This document shows positions 48,416 through 58,827 of a stretch of DNA of 64,000 nt, one piece after another. A model generated the notes under the pieces. It was not told the DNA's origin and did no database searches. It saw only the letters and a list, made by a program, of their open reading frames with translations. Numbering within the stretch: the stretch's first letter is position 1; each line of letters opens with the position of its first letter. The stretch is from Alphaproteobacteria bacterium (lineage in GTDB: Bacteria > Pseudomonadota > Alphaproteobacteria > UBA828), in NCBI GenBank assembly GCA_965242855.1, contig OZ251509.1:337648-401647 (forward strand), read 5' to 3'. A program made the translations under genes and the position numbers.

Positions 48416-49506
48416 GCCTTCAAGCGGACGCCCGATTCGGCGTCGAACAACGCCAGCACCTCGGCGTCGGGCAGGATGGTGACCTCGCCGCCTTCGCGCG
48501 CCTGCGTGCCCGTTTCCACGATCATCTTCATGTCGGTCGCGCCCACCCGTGCCGTCAACACGGTTTCCGGCCCCTGCGGCTCGACCGCGATAACGGCGGC
48601 GGCGAAGCCGTCCGGGTTCCCGGCCTCGACCACGGCCATCGTCTCCGGGCGCATACCGACGACCACATCGGCGCCTTCGTCCAGGCCGGCAGCACCGCCC
48701 GCCGGCAGCGGAATCGTGGCACCGTCCTGCGGCGCCACACCGGGGCGGCCGCCGTCAAGGCTCAACCGCCCGCGCACGAAGTTCATCGGCGGGTTGCCGA
48801 GGAAGCTCCCGACGAAGGTGTTGTCGGGGTAGTGGTAGACATTGTGGGCGGTGTCGTACTGCTTGAGCTGGCCGAAATCCATGACCGCGATCCGATGGGC
48901 GAGGGACAGCGCCTCGATCTGATCGTGGGTCACGTAGATGATGGTCTGACCGGTCTCGGCCTGGATGCGCCGGAGCTCGCGGCGCATCTGGTTGCGCATC
49001 TCCGCCTCGAGATTGCTGAGCGGCTCGTCGAGGAGGAGAATGTCCGGGTTGGTCACCAGGGTTCGCCCGATGGCGACGCGCTGGAGCTCGCTCGCGCCGA
49101 GCTCCATGGGCTTGTTGTCCAGCTGGCCGGCGAGATTGAGGAACTCGGCGACTTTGGCGACCTCGCGGTCGATGTCGGGCCGGCTCATGCCACGGACGCG
49201 GAGCCCGTATTCCAGATTGTGCCGGACGTTCATGTGGGTGAAGACCGCGTAATCCTGGAACACCAGCCCGACGTTCCGCTGACCCGGCGGAGTCTCGAGG
49301 ACCGACCGTCCGTCGATCAGGATGTCGCCCGAGGTCGGCGATTCGAGACCCACAATCATGTTGAGGGTGGTGGACTTGCCGCAGCCGGAGGGCCCGAGCA
49401 AGGCCATGGTCTCGCCCTCCTCGACGCCGAGGGACACATCGTCCACGGCGATGAGGTCTCCGAACTCCTTACGGAGCTTGACCAGTTCGAGTTTGATCGT
49501 CGCCAT
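48412..49506 (-). CDS. ABC transporter ATP-binding protein (second MalK-like ATPase); start 'MATIKLEL' at 49506
   Basis: 'GPSGCGKST', 'LGASELQRVAIGRTL' and 'LLLDEPLSNLE'. The upstream 141 aa of ORF 48412..49929 are artefact. Confidence 0.85.
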   Translation of the reverse strand: MATIKLELVKLRKEFGDLIAVDDVSLGVEEGETMALLGPSGCGKSTTLNMIVGLESPTSGDILIDGRSVLETPPGQRNVGLVFQDYAVFTHMNVRHNLEYGLRVRGMSRPDIDREVAKVAEFLNLAGQLDNKPMELGASELQRVAIGRTLVTNPDILLLDEPLSNLEAEMRNQMRRELRRIQAETGQTIIYVTHDQIEALSLAHRIAVMDFGQLKQYDTAHNVYHYPDNTFVGSFLGNPPMNFVRGRLSLDGGRPGVAPQDGATIPLPAGGAAGLDEGADVVVGMRPETMAVVEAGNPDGFAAAVIAVEPQGPETVLTARVGATDMKMIVETGTQAREGGEVTILPDAEVLALFDAESGVRLKA

Positions 49507-49511
49507 GGCCA

Positions 49512-50459
49512 CTAGCGCTTGATCGCGCCGAGGGTGAGGCCGCGCACCAGATGCCGCTGGATGAAGAAGCCGACGATGACCAGCGGAATGATGGAGACGA
49601 CCGCAAGCGCCGCCTGGATACCGTATTGCTGCCCCGAGGTGGCGCTGAAGTATTTCGACAGCTTGACCGGGATGGTCTCGACGTTGGTGTAGGTAAGCAC
49701 CAGGGCGAACAGGAACTCGCTCCAGTTCAGGATGAAGATGAAGAGCGCCGTGGCGATCAGGCCGCCCTTGATCAGAGGCACGGTGACCTTGAGGTGGGCC
49801 TCCCACCGAGACATGCCGTCCATCATCGCCGCCTCCTCGATCTCCTGGGGCAGCTCGTCGATGAAGCTCTTCAGCATCCAGGTGGAGAAGGGGACGGTCA
49901 CCGCCGCATAGGCGAGGATCAGGCCCCAATAGGTGTCCGTCGCCTCGATTCCGGGTGCGCTAAACATCACGACGAACGGAATCGCGATGGCGATGGGCGG
50001 GAACATCCGCCCCGATAATATGAAGAAGGGCGTGACGTTGCCGCCGAATCGGTATCGCGCGATGGCGACCGCAGCCATAAAGCCGACCACGATGGAGAGG
50101 ATGGTCGAGAACACCGAGATGATGACCGAGCCCCGGATCGACTGCCATGCCGACTTGGTCAGGAAGTCGGCAACGGCGCCGCTCACCGACGATGACTGCG
50201 TCGCGCGCTGCTGCGTGACCTCACCTTCCTCGGTGTACTGGCCGAGGCCGCCGCGCTCCTCGAGCAGGAGGGACGGCCACAGGATCACGAGATAGTTGGT
50301 GACGGTTCCGTTCTCCGACACCCACACTGGCGGCGTCGTAACCCACTCGTTGGACGGCTTGAAGGAGGTCGAAACCATCCAGAACAGCGGGAACACCGCG
50401 AAAAGGAGCCCGAAGGCAAGCCCTATCGCGCTGCCTGGGCCGAATTTCCTCGCGGACAT
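49512..50459 (-). CDS. carbohydrate ABC transporter permease (MalG-like)
   Basis: EAA-type loop 'EEAAMMDGMSRWEAHLKVTVPL'. Six TM helices. Confidence 0.8.
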   Translation of the reverse strand: MSARKFGPGSAIGLAFGLLFAVFPLFWMVSTSFKPSNEWVTTPPVWVSENGTVTNYLVILWPSLLLEERGGLGQYTEEGEVTQQRATQSSSVSGAVADFLTKSAWQSIRGSVIISVFSTILSIVVGFMAAVAIARYRFGGNVTPFFILSGRMFPPIAIAIPFVVMFSAPGIEATDTYWGLILAYAAVTVPFSTWMLKSFIDELPQEIEEAAMMDGMSRWEAHLKVTVPLIKGGLIATALFIFILNWSEFLFALVLTYTNVETIPVKLSKYFSATSGQQYGIQAALAVVSIIPLVIVGFFIQRHLVRGLTLGAIKR

Positions 50460-51446
50460 CTAGCGCTTCTCCAGCAACTGGTAGCGGATCGGACGCAGCA
50501 TCATGTTGATCATCACCACGGTGATCACCAGCACGATAAAGCCCGCCGAGCCCGCGTAGGCGAGCCGGAAATCGAGGAACCCGAGCTTGTACAGGTAGAG
50601 GCTCATGGTCTCCGTCGCCGTGCCCGGGCCGCCTCGGGTGAGGATGTATATCTCGTCGAAGAGCTTGATCACCTCCATGCCGCGGATTACGAAGGCGATG
50701 ATGATCACGCCGCGCATGTTCGGCATGATGACGGTCCAGAATATCCGCCAGTTGCTGGCGCCGAGCACGGTGGCGGCGCGCACCGGGTTCTCCGGCACCG
50801 CGTTGAGGCCGGAGAGCAGGATCAGAAAGAACAGCGGCGTCCAGTGCCAGACCTCGGTGATGACCACGGCGAAGAAGGCCAGTAGGCCGTTGTTGAGCCA
50901 CTGCAAGTCGGCCCCAGCGGAGCTGCCGCCGATCCAACCGAGCACCTGATTGACCGGTCCGGTGTACTGGAACAGCATGAACCACGTGTAGCCAACCACC
51001 ACCGGCATGATCATCATCGGGGTGAGCAGCGCGGTGAACCAGATACGCTTGCCCCAGAACGTCTTCAGGAAAATCGTCGCCAGCCCGAGCCCGATGACGA
51101 ATTCGAGACAGAGGCTCAAAACCGATATGGCGAGCGTCCGGCCCAGCGCCTCGAGGAAGCGCGGCTCGTCCGTCACCAGATAATAGTAATTGAGGCCAAG
51201 TTCGGTATCGCCGGAGAATATCGTGTCCACGGCCTGCCAGATGGAGGTTCCATAGGTCGGCTGCCATTCGGTCAGCGCGACGAGAAACTCCAGACCAAAC
51301 GGGAAAATCAGCATTGTTATCAAAAGAAGTTGAACAGGCGTGATGAAGAGCGCGCCGATGTAGCGCTTGTCGTTGGGGTCGAACAAGCGTGCCCGCGCCT
51401 GCAGTGCAGGCGCGGGCACGCCATCGTTTGCGGTCTTCGCAACCAC
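50460..51446 (-). CDS. carbohydrate ABC transporter permease (MalF/UgpA-like)
   Basis: GTG start. Permease loop 'AATVLGASNWRIFWTVIMP'. Confidence 0.8.
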   Translation of the reverse strand: MVAKTANDGVPAPALQARARLFDPNDKRYIGALFITPVQLLLITMLIFPFGLEFLVALTEWQPTYGTSIWQAVDTIFSGDTELGLNYYYLVTDEPRFLEALGRTLAISVLSLCLEFVIGLGLATIFLKTFWGKRIWFTALLTPMMIMPVVVGYTWFMLFQYTGPVNQVLGWIGGSSAGADLQWLNNGLLAFFAVVITEVWHWTPLFFLILLSGLNAVPENPVRAATVLGASNWRIFWTVIMPNMRGVIIIAFVIRGMEVIKLFDEIYILTRGGPGTATETMSLYLYKLGFLDFRLAYAGSAGFIVLVITVVMINMMLRPIRYQLLEKR

Positions 51447-51481
51447 GGTATCGGTAATCCGTCCGTGCAGCTACAGCCGGA

Positions 51482-53095
51482 CTACAGGGTCCAATTCTGG
51501 ACGCCAACGAGCTTCTGGAGAGGCTCCGGATACATCCTGGCGAGACCGTGCCAGCTCTCCTTCTGCTCTGCCTTGCCCAGGCGCCGCGTGATGCGGTTCT
51601 GCTCCTTGGCCGCGTCCTCCATCGCCTCTTCCGGCGACTTGTTACCATTGTAGGCCGCAGTCAGATTGACGTCGAGTGCGTTGAGGTACTCGGCCGCACC
51701 GCGCAGCTGAATCTCCGGCACCGCGTCCACGATCGCCTCAGCGTGGGTCGCCAGGAAGTCGCCCGGATAGGAGGCGAAGAACTCCGCCGACGGGGCGAAG
51801 AAGTGGTTGTCGCGCCACGGATCGAAGTAGCCGCCCTCGTTCGGGATCGACCGCATCGACATGGTCGGCCCGGTGATCCACTGCGAGTAGCAGTAGGCGG
51901 CCTCCTGGATCGGCGAGTAGTTGCTCACCACGAAGTCCCAGGCAAAGGCATGGATGCACGAGCGGATGAGCTCACCACCGTGCATGGTGCCCGGCACCTT
52001 CGAGACGGCGGTCTGCGAAGGTTCGCCATCCTCGCCCTTGGCAGCAATGATTGACTGCGAGCCCGCCGCGTCGTTGCTGTAGCGCCAGAGCGACGGCCAC
52101 CCGAACTCACAGAAACCACGGCCCTGCGCATAGTACTGCGCGTAGTTCTCGGTGAAGCCGTAGGTGAACTGCTCGGCCGGCATGATGTCCTGCAGCGCGA
52201 TCAGCTCCTTGACGGTCTCGATGCTCTCCGGCGAGCCGGCCATCGAGTTCATGTCCTCGTCGAAGTAGAAGTGACCCTTCGACTGAACGCGCGTCATCCA
52301 GTGGAATTTGTTCCAGAACGGCGAGCGATACTCGAGGGCACCGTAGAAGTTGTTGTCCGGGTCGTGCATCTCAGCGCAGAGGGCGTCGTACTCGGTCCAG
52401 GTATGGACCAGCTCCCGCTTCGACTTCGGCGCCAAGCCCTTCTCGCCGAGCTTGTCCTTGCGGTAGCTCAGATGCCACCAGTCGCCGTCGCAATAGAGCC
52501 CGTAGGTCTTGCCCTTGTACTTCTGCCCGAAGTCGGACACCGGGAACTGGAGCTTGTTGGGTCCTGAGTAGACCTCGGGATCGTACTTGTCCATGAGGTC
52601 GTCAAGGGGCCGCGCCACGCCCGACTCGGCAAGATCCGCAAGGCTCAGCGGCGCCGGGATCATGATGTCGTAGCGGCCGGTCTTCGCCACCGCTTCCTGC
52701 ATCGCCTTCTGGTGAGTCTCGGTGACCGGCACCTCGATCAATTCGACATCGAAGCCGGTCAGGCCCTTCCACTCCTCGGTGAAGGGCGACAGGTTGCCAC
52801 CCGAGCCCGACGGATACATGACGCTGATGGTCTTCTTCGGCGCATCGGCGAAGAGCGCCTTGGCACCGCTGATGGCACGGTCCTCAGGCGTGGCGCCTTC
52901 GGCCGCCCAGGCCTGCCTCACGCCGAAGGGCGCTTGGCTCATGAGCATCTTGATCGCGCCGGCGCCGAGGCCGAGGCCGGCCATGCCCTTGATCAGGTCC
53001 CGCCGCGAGACCTTGTGGTTCTTGCGATCGAGATGCATCGACCAGAGCCGGTAAAGCTCCTTCTTGAACCGCTCCTTCTTGTCGGTATGCGACAT
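51482..53095 (-). CDS. ABC transporter extracellular solute-binding protein (family 1) with Tat-type signal
   Basis: Start 'MSHTDKK' with GGAGGGAGG RBS. Tat signal 'SRRDLIKGMAGLGLGAGAIKM'. The remainder is a large SBP fold (~537 aa). Confidence 0.75.
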   Translation of the reverse strand: MSHTDKKERFKKELYRLWSMHLDRKNHKVSRRDLIKGMAGLGLGAGAIKMLMSQAPFGVRQAWAAEGATPEDRAISGAKALFADAPKKTISVMYPSGSGGNLSPFTEEWKGLTGFDVELIEVPVTETHQKAMQEAVAKTGRYDIMIPAPLSLADLAESGVARPLDDLMDKYDPEVYSGPNKLQFPVSDFGQKYKGKTYGLYCDGDWWHLSYRKDKLGEKGLAPKSKRELVHTWTEYDALCAEMHDPDNNFYGALEYRSPFWNKFHWMTRVQSKGHFYFDEDMNSMAGSPESIETVKELIALQDIMPAEQFTYGFTENYAQYYAQGRGFCEFGWPSLWRYSNDAAGSQSIIAAKGEDGEPSQTAVSKVPGTMHGGELIRSCIHAFAWDFVVSNYSPIQEAAYCYSQWITGPTMSMRSIPNEGGYFDPWRDNHFFAPSAEFFASYPGDFLATHAEAIVDAVPEIQLRGAAEYLNALDVNLTAAYNGNKSPEEAMEDAAKEQNRITRRLGKAEQKESWHGLARMYPEPLQKLVGVQNWTL

Positions 53096-53475
53096 GCGCA
53101 ACCTCCCTCCGCTCCGGGTCGAGACCGCCCCGGCCCCGTATCCCCTCGATGTTCCACGGAAAGGCACCACGCGCGCGGTGCCGGTAGACTCTCCCTTGGC
53201 GGCGCGCACAATAGCAGCAGCGCGCCCGTCATGCAAACAGGAAATGATCGCCCGGCTCCCGACCGCCCGTCCGCGCTATACTGCGCCGCGCGCCCCGGCG
53301 CGCCGGGGGAGGCCGATGAGTGCGGGCGTAGGAAAAATCGGCGGAGTGCTGCGGGAATTGCGGAGGGCCTCTGCCCTCCCGCCGGGCGGCGCCTGCGCCC
53401 GGGAGGAGAGCGGGGAGCGGGCGGTGCCGGCCGGCCCGAGCGCCCTCGGGAATACCCGCGGCTGACGCCTCGGTC

Positions 53476-54048
53476 ATGCGCTGGATCAGGGAATACACGC
53501 TCGACAGGCCCGCGCTCTGCGACGAGCTGATCGCGGGCTTCAAAAAGACCCGGCGGCTCGGCCTCACCCGGCCGGGAACGAGCGCCAGGGGCGTGGACAA
53601 ATCGTGGAAGGATTCGGAGGACGCGAGCCTGACCTGCTTCCCCTACGAGGTCTATGCCGGGGCCGTCCGCGCCTATCGCGGCCACGTCATGGCCTGCCTC
53701 AAGGCCTATCTCGCGGCGTTCCCCATCCTCGAGGAGGCGACCGCCAAGCTCGGTTTCCTGGAGCCGCCGCAGATGCAGTACTACAAGCCCGGCGGCGCCT
53801 TCCACGGCGCGCATTACGAGAGCAGCGGCCTCCACATCGCCCACCGGGTCCTCGCCTTCCAGACCTTCCTCAACGACATCGCCCAGGGCGGCGGCACCTA
53901 TTTCCTCTTCCAGGATCACACGGTCGCGCCGGCACGGGGCAAGACGGCGATCTGGCCGGCCGGCTTCACCCACACCCACCGGGGCGAGGTCGCGCCGCGC
54001 GAGGAGAAGTACATCGTCACCGGCTGGATCAGCTTCATGAGCATATAG
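53476..54048 (+). CDS. putative 2OG-Fe(II) oxygenase-like protein
   Basis: 190 aa with possible His ligands in 'GAHYESSG' and 'GFTHTHRGE'. The assignment is tentative. Confidence 0.35.
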   Translation: MRWIREYTLDRPALCDELIAGFKKTRRLGLTRPGTSARGVDKSWKDSEDASLTCFPYEVYAGAVRAYRGHVMACLKAYLAAFPILEEATAKLGFLEPPQMQYYKPGGAFHGAHYESSGLHIAHRVLAFQTFLNDIAQGGGTYFLFQDHTVAPARGKTAIWPAGFTHTHRGEVAPREEKYIVTGWISFMSI

Positions 54049-54338
54049 GCGAACGTCCGACGGGGCGCGCCCACGTCACGATGCGTCGCCTCGTCGCCTC
54101 ATACCGGCTTCGAGGTCGCGCGCTCCGTTGTCCATGTCGGGGGCGCAGCCCGGGCCTTGCCCGGCGCTTCGGGATCGGTGGCACCCTCGTTCCGAGCGAC
54201 GACCGCGCTGGCCCGGTCTTCACGCAATACACCGCCTCCGGAGAGTGCCGGACGGGAGTCCGTCATCCGCGCGGTCCCTTGTTTCCGCCTGCGCGATCTG
54301 AAACCCTTGGCTCCGCGACGGAAGCGGCGAGGGGCGCG

Positions 54339-54983
54339 ATGGACCGCCTGTTGGATCTCGGCACGCGGATCGAGCTGGTCTCGATGGACCCGCATTTCCA
54401 CGACATCAGCCTCTCCCTGTACCGGCGCGCGGGCACCGGCGGCGCTTGCGGCTTCCTCCCGCACAGCTACAGCGGCAGGGAAGGGGTCGAGGCGCGGCTT
54501 GCCTTCGTGGCGCGGGCGATGACCGCGCTCGGCGGGATGGGGCCGGCGCCCGGACAGCCGGGGCGGCTCGCCTTCCCGTGCGGCGCCGAGCACCGCGCGG
54601 CGGCGAAGCGGCTGTTCCTCGAAGCCTGCAAGCGGGCACCGGGTTCCGCACCCGCGGCGCAACCGATGCGCATCCACGACCGGAAGAACGACCTCGCTAT
54701 CGCCGCCGCGGGCCTGGGCGACGGGCGCTACCGGATCGCGGCCGAAGGCGGCGGCGCCAAGGCGGCCCGGCGCGCCGACGGCGTCGCCCGCGGCCTCGTC
54801 AGGCTCGCCGAAATGGAGCCGGGAGAGGCGGCGGAGGCGCGCTTCCCCTGCGGCCACGCGCACGACGCGCTGATCGGCCTGCTGCTCGGCCGGGCGCTCA
54901 ACGTCCGCACCGCCATGCGCGAGGCGGAGGCCGTCGCCGCCCGCGGCGTCCTCGCCGCGCCGAGCGCACAACAAGGGGCCTGA
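54339..54983 (+). CDS. hypothetical protein (214 aa) immediately upstream (19 bp) of the corrinoid methyltransferase cluster
   Basis: In-frame ATG at 54339 within ORF 53604..54983, with a purine-rich RBS. No recognisable domain. Confidence 0.4.
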   Translation: MDRLLDLGTRIELVSMDPHFHDISLSLYRRAGTGGACGFLPHSYSGREGVEARLAFVARAMTALGGMGPAPGQPGRLAFPCGAEHRAAAKRLFLEACKRAPGSAPAAQPMRIHDRKNDLAIAAAGLGDGRYRIAAEGGGAKAARRADGVARGLVRLAEMEPGEAAEARFPCGHAHDALIGLLLGRALNVRTAMREAEAVAARGVLAAPSAQQGA

Positions 54984-55001
54984 AGCCCGGGAGCGGAGAC
55001 G

Positions 55002-56045
55002 ATGACGGCAATGCCCTCCATGACCAGCCGCGCGCGCGTGCTCGCGGCGCTCCGGCGCGAGGCGGTGGACCGGACGCCGGTCTGCAACCCGACATCGGTG
55101 GCGACCGTCGAACTGATGGACCTGGTGGACGCGCCCTTCCCGCTCGCCAACCGGGATGCGGCGCTGATGGCCCGCCTCGCCGCCACCGGCCATACCGAGC
55201 TCGGGTTCGACAGCATCATGCCGGTATTCTCGATCATCCAGGAATCCTCGGCCCTCGGCTGCAAGATGCAGTGGGAGCAGAAGGACAATTGGCCGACCGT
55301 GCGCATGCGCGAGCCGATCTGGCGGGACGTGGACGACATCCGCATCCCCAACGACTTCCTCCTACATCCCGACATGCGCTGCGTGATCGAGGCGATCCGC
55401 CTCCTGCGCAGGGAATTCGGCGACGAGGTCGCGGTCATCGGCAAGACCATGGGGCCGTGGACGCTCGGCTACCACTGCTTCGGCGTCGAGCCCTTCCTCC
55501 TGATGTCGCTCGACGACCCGGGCCGGACCAAGCTCGCGCTCGATCGCATGAAGGAGGCGACCGTGCAGTTCGGCCTGGCGCAGATCGAGGCCGGCGCCGA
55601 CGCGCTGACGCTCCCCGACCACGCCACCGGCGATCTGGTGAGCGCCGATTACTACCGGCGCTACCTCAAGGACCTCCACATCGAATTCGTGGAGCGCCTG
55701 CCGGTGCCGCTCATCCTCCACATCTGCGGGCGCACCGTGGACCGCATGGGCTACATCGCCGAGACGGGGATCGCCGCCTTCCACTTCGATTCCAGGAACG
55801 AACCGGGCGAATCGATGGCGGCCATGGACGCCCGGGTGTCCCTGGTGGGCAACATCAACAACCCGGAGACGCTCTTCGCCAGGGGGCCGGAGGCGGTGCG
55901 CCGGGAGGTCTACGCGAATCTTGATGCCGGCGTGCAGGCGGTGGGCCCGGAATGCGCCATCCCCCTTCAGACCTCGGTCGAGAACCTGCGCGAGATCCCG
56001 CGGGCGGTGCGCGACTGGCACGAAGAGCATGGCCGCCCGCACTGA
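55002..56045 (+). CDS. uroporphyrinogen decarboxylase (URO-D) family methyltransferase (MtaA/MtbA-like; candidate substrate:corrinoid methyltransferase, MT1)
   Basis: 347 aa of the URO-D/MtaA family ('RTPVCNPTSVATVELMD', 'LPDHATGDLVS', 'ILHICGRT'). Confidence 0.75.
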   Translation: MTAMPSMTSRARVLAALRREAVDRTPVCNPTSVATVELMDLVDAPFPLANRDAALMARLAATGHTELGFDSIMPVFSIIQESSALGCKMQWEQKDNWPTVRMREPIWRDVDDIRIPNDFLLHPDMRCVIEAIRLLRREFGDEVAVIGKTMGPWTLGYHCFGVEPFLLMSLDDPGRTKLALDRMKEATVQFGLAQIEAGADALTLPDHATGDLVSADYYRRYLKDLHIEFVERLPVPLILHICGRTVDRMGYIAETGIAAFHFDSRNEPGESMAAMDARVSLVGNINNPETLFARGPEAVRREVYANLDAGVQAVGPECAIPLQTSVENLREIPRAVRDWHEEHGRPH

Positions 56046-56084
56046 TCGGCCATAGGATCGCCGGCTTTCACGGTCGAGTACGAC

Positions 56085-56834
56085 ATGGCCGAGCTGTCCG
56101 ACATCGCCAACGCGCGCATCCGCGCCGAGATCGAGGAGTTCCTCGAACGGCCGGACGAGATCGAGCGGAACGTCGCGCTCTTCGCGCGAATCCGCCCGCC
56201 GATGCAGGACATCGCGGCGGCGCTGATCGAGGGCGACAACGAGACCGTCGACGCGCTGACGGCGCGGGCGCTGGAGGAGGGCACCGACGCCCTCGAGATC
56301 ATGGACGACGCGCTGATCGCCGGGATGGGCATCGTCGGGATCAAGTTCCGCGAGAATTTCATCTTCGTGCCCGAGGTGCTGGCCTGCGCCCGGGCCATGA
56401 AGGCGGGAATGGCCCATATCGAGCCGATCCTCTCGGCCTCGGGCGTCGACCCGACGGGGACCGTGATCATGGGCACGGTGAAGGGCGACCTGCACGACAT
56501 CGGGAAGAACCTCTGCATCATGATGCTCTCCGGCGCGGGCTTCGAAGTGATCGACCTCGGCGTGGACACCTCGGAGGACGAGTTCATCGCGGCGCTCGAG
56601 GAGCACCGGGCGCCGATCCTGGGCATGTCGGCCCTGCTCACCACGACCATGCCGAACATGGGCAGGACGATCGAGGCGCTGATCGACGCCGACCTCCGCG
56701 ACGACGTGATGATCATGGTCGGCGGCGCGCCGGTGACCCAGGAGTTCGCCGACGACATGGGTGCGGACGGCTACGGCAAGGACGCGCTCTCCTGCGTCGC
56801 CCTCGCGAAGCGGCTGATGGAAGAGCGCGGGTAG
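56085..56834 (+). CDS. cobalamin-binding corrinoid protein (B12-binding domain, MtaC/MtbC-like)
   Basis: His-on B12 motif 'GDLHDIGKNL' and Rossmann-like 'MMLSGAGFEVIDLG'. The N-terminal cap is a helical domain. Confidence 0.85.
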   Translation: MAELSDIANARIRAEIEEFLERPDEIERNVALFARIRPPMQDIAAALIEGDNETVDALTARALEEGTDALEIMDDALIAGMGIVGIKFRENFIFVPEVLACARAMKAGMAHIEPILSASGVDPTGTVIMGTVKGDLHDIGKNLCIMMLSGAGFEVIDLGVDTSEDEFIAALEEHRAPILGMSALLTTTMPNMGRTIEALIDADLRDDVMIMVGGAPVTQEFADDMGADGYGKDALSCVALAKRLMEERG

Positions 56835-56841
56835 GCCGCCG

Positions 56842-58827
56842 TTGCGGAAAATCAGCCGGAGCGCCTACCAGGAGCGGCTGGACCGCCTCACCGAAATCTT
56901 CTCCGGCATCGTCGATCACGCCGACGCGCAGGCGCGGAATCGCTGCCCCTACCGCGACCGCGCCGACCGTTGCACCGCCGCCTTCGCCTGCCGCAACCGA
57001 ATCCCGCCGGAGGCCGACGGGGAGCGCCCGTCCTGCGGCCACGACGGCGCCTTCGATTACCGCCTGGCCTGGGAGACCGATCCGGGCGCCCGCGACCGGG
57101 CGAAGGCGCGGCTTGAACGAATCCGCCGGAGCGCGGCGGCGCGTCGCGGCGGCGCGGAACCGGCGGCCGGCCCGGGGACGATCGCCCACGGCGCCGCGAC
57201 GCGCCCGCTCGTCGCCGGCCTGACGCTGTTCGATCACGCCGACGCGCTCGCGGCCTGGGTGCCGACCTCCTGCCACCGCAACGGCCGCTGCCACGAATGC
57301 GTGGTCGAGGTGACCCGCGGCGAAGACGCGCTCGCCGCGCGGACGGAGGCGGAGAGCTTCCTGCGCGGACGCTACCGGCTGGCCTGCCAGGCGGTGGTCG
57401 CGCGCGCCGACCGGGACGTGGCGTTCGCGCCGCTGCACCGCCGCCCGCGCATCCTCGCCGCGCCCGACCGGGACGCGCCGCAGGCGTTCGATCCGCTCGT
57501 CACGCGGCGGGGGGAGGAGGTGCTCTACGACGGCGCGCCGATCGACCGCTATCGCGGGCGCATCCTGGGGCTCGCCGTCGATCTCGGCACGACGACGGTG
57601 GTGCTGGATTTCGTCGACCTCGAAAGCGGGCGCAGCGTCCACGGCGCCGCCTTCGAAAACCCGCAGGCCTTCGGCGGCAGCGACGTCATGCACCGCATCT
57701 CCTACGACCGGGAGGACGCCACCGGCGCGCTCCAGAAGGCCGCCGCCTCGGCGATCAACCGCGCGAGCGCCGAGGCCTGCGCGCGTCTCGGCGTCGGGCG
57801 CAACGCGCTCTATGAAATCGTGGTCGCGGGCAACCCGACCATGCGCGACGTCCTCTTCAAACTCGACGTCCAGGGGATCGGCCAGAGGCCGTACAAATCC
57901 CTGGTGGAGAAGGCGTTTCTGGCCGGCGAACGGGCCGATACCGCGCTCCGCGCGCAGGCCCGGCGGTTGGGCCTGCGGACCAACCCGCAGGCCCGCGCCT
58001 ACGGCCTGCCCCTGATCGCGAGCCATGTCGGCGGGGACACGGCGGCCGGCCTCGCGGCGCTGGAGGAGGCGTTCGCCGGCGCGGAGACGGCGATGCTCGT
58101 GGACATGGGCACCAACACCGAGGTCGTCCTCAAGCACCGGGGGCGGATGCTCGCCGCCTCCTGCCCCGCCGGGCCGGCCTTCGAGGGCGGGTTGGTGCGC
58201 TATGGAATGCCGGCCTGCGACGGCGCCATCGAAGCGGTGCGGCTCGGCGCCGACGGCGCCGCCGCGTGGGAAACCATCGGCGGCGGCGCGCCGGCGGGGC
58301 TCTGCGGCTCCGGCCTGATCGACCTGCTGGCGGAGTTGCGGTGCACCGGGCAGCTCACGGCCAAGGGTGCGTTCACGGCGGACCGCAAGCGGTTCGAGAT
58401 CGCGGTCGTGCCGGAGCACGGCATCACCTTCTCCAGGGAGGACGCGAGCAATCTCGGCCAGGCCAAGGCCGCGAACTATTGCGGCCAGTACATCGTCATG
58501 CGGGCCCTGGGCGTCGATCCGGCGTCGGTCGAGCGGCTCTATCTGGCCGGCGGCTTCGCCACCTATGTGAACGTCCGCAACGCGATCGCCATCGGCCTGC
58601 TGGCGCCGGTGCCCGAGGAGCGGGTGGTCAAGGTCGGCAACGCGGCGGCGCGGGGCGCGCGCGCGATCCTGCTCTCCGGCAGCCGGCGCCGGGCGCTCGA
58701 ACGCCGCGTCCAGGCCATCGCGCATGTCGAGCTCGAGACCACGCCGGATTTCTTCGACCTGTTCGTGGATGGCTGCCAGTTCAAGCCCATGCCGTCCGTC
58801 CTCGCGCCGCAGGGAGAACCCGCATGA
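56842..58827 (+). CDS. ASKHA-domain corrinoid activation/regeneration protein (RACo/RamA-like) with N-terminal [2Fe-2S] ferredoxin domain
   Basis: 2Fe-2S motif 'CHRNGRCHECVV'. ASKHA/DUF4445 core 'LGLAVDLGTTTVV' and 'MLVDMGTNTEVVL'. Confidence 0.75.
   Translation: MRKISRSAYQERLDRLTEIFSGIVDHADAQARNRCPYRDRADRCTAAFACRNRIPPEADGERPSCGHDGAFDYRLAWETDPGARDRAKARLERIRRSAAARRGGAEPAAGPGTIAHGAATRPLVAGLTLFDHADALAAWVPTSCHRNGRCHECVVEVTRGEDALAARTEAESFLRGRYRLACQAVVARADRDVAFAPLHRRPRILAAPDRDAPQAFDPLVTRRGEEVLYDGAPIDRYRGRILGLAVDLGTTTVVLDFVDLESGRSVHGAAFENPQAFGGSDVMHRISYDREDATGALQKAAASAINRASAEACARLGVGRNALYEIVVAGNPTMRDVLFKLDVQGIGQRPYKSLVEKAFLAGERADTALRAQARRLGLRTNPQARAYGLPLIASHVGGDTAAGLAALEEAFAGAETAMLVDMGTNTEVVLKHRGRMLAASCPAGPAFEGGLVRYGMPACDGAIEAVRLGADGAAAWETIGGGAPAGLCGSGLIDLLAELRCTGQLTAKGAFTADRKRFEIAVVPEHGITFSREDASNLGQAKAANYCGQYIVMRALGVDPASVERLYLAGGFATYVNVRNAIAIGLLAPVPEERVVKVGNAAARGARAILLSGSRRRALERRVQAIAHVELETTPDFFDLFVDGCQFKPMPSVLAPQGEPA

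Noticed and set aside
49512-51446. One-nucleotide inconsistency between my manual coordinate reading and the ORF track at the permease-permease junction (TAGATG at ~50458-50463)
   Set aside because: This is most likely my counting error. The ORF-track coordinates are used for these genes, and the point has no biological significance.
54048-54339. Possible cobalamin riboswitch upstream of the corrinoid cluster
   Set aside because: The ~290-bp leader is GC-rich and structured-looking, but I could not find a convincing B12 box (consensus around 'AGYCMGgAgaCCkGCC') by eye. A covariance-model search would be needed.
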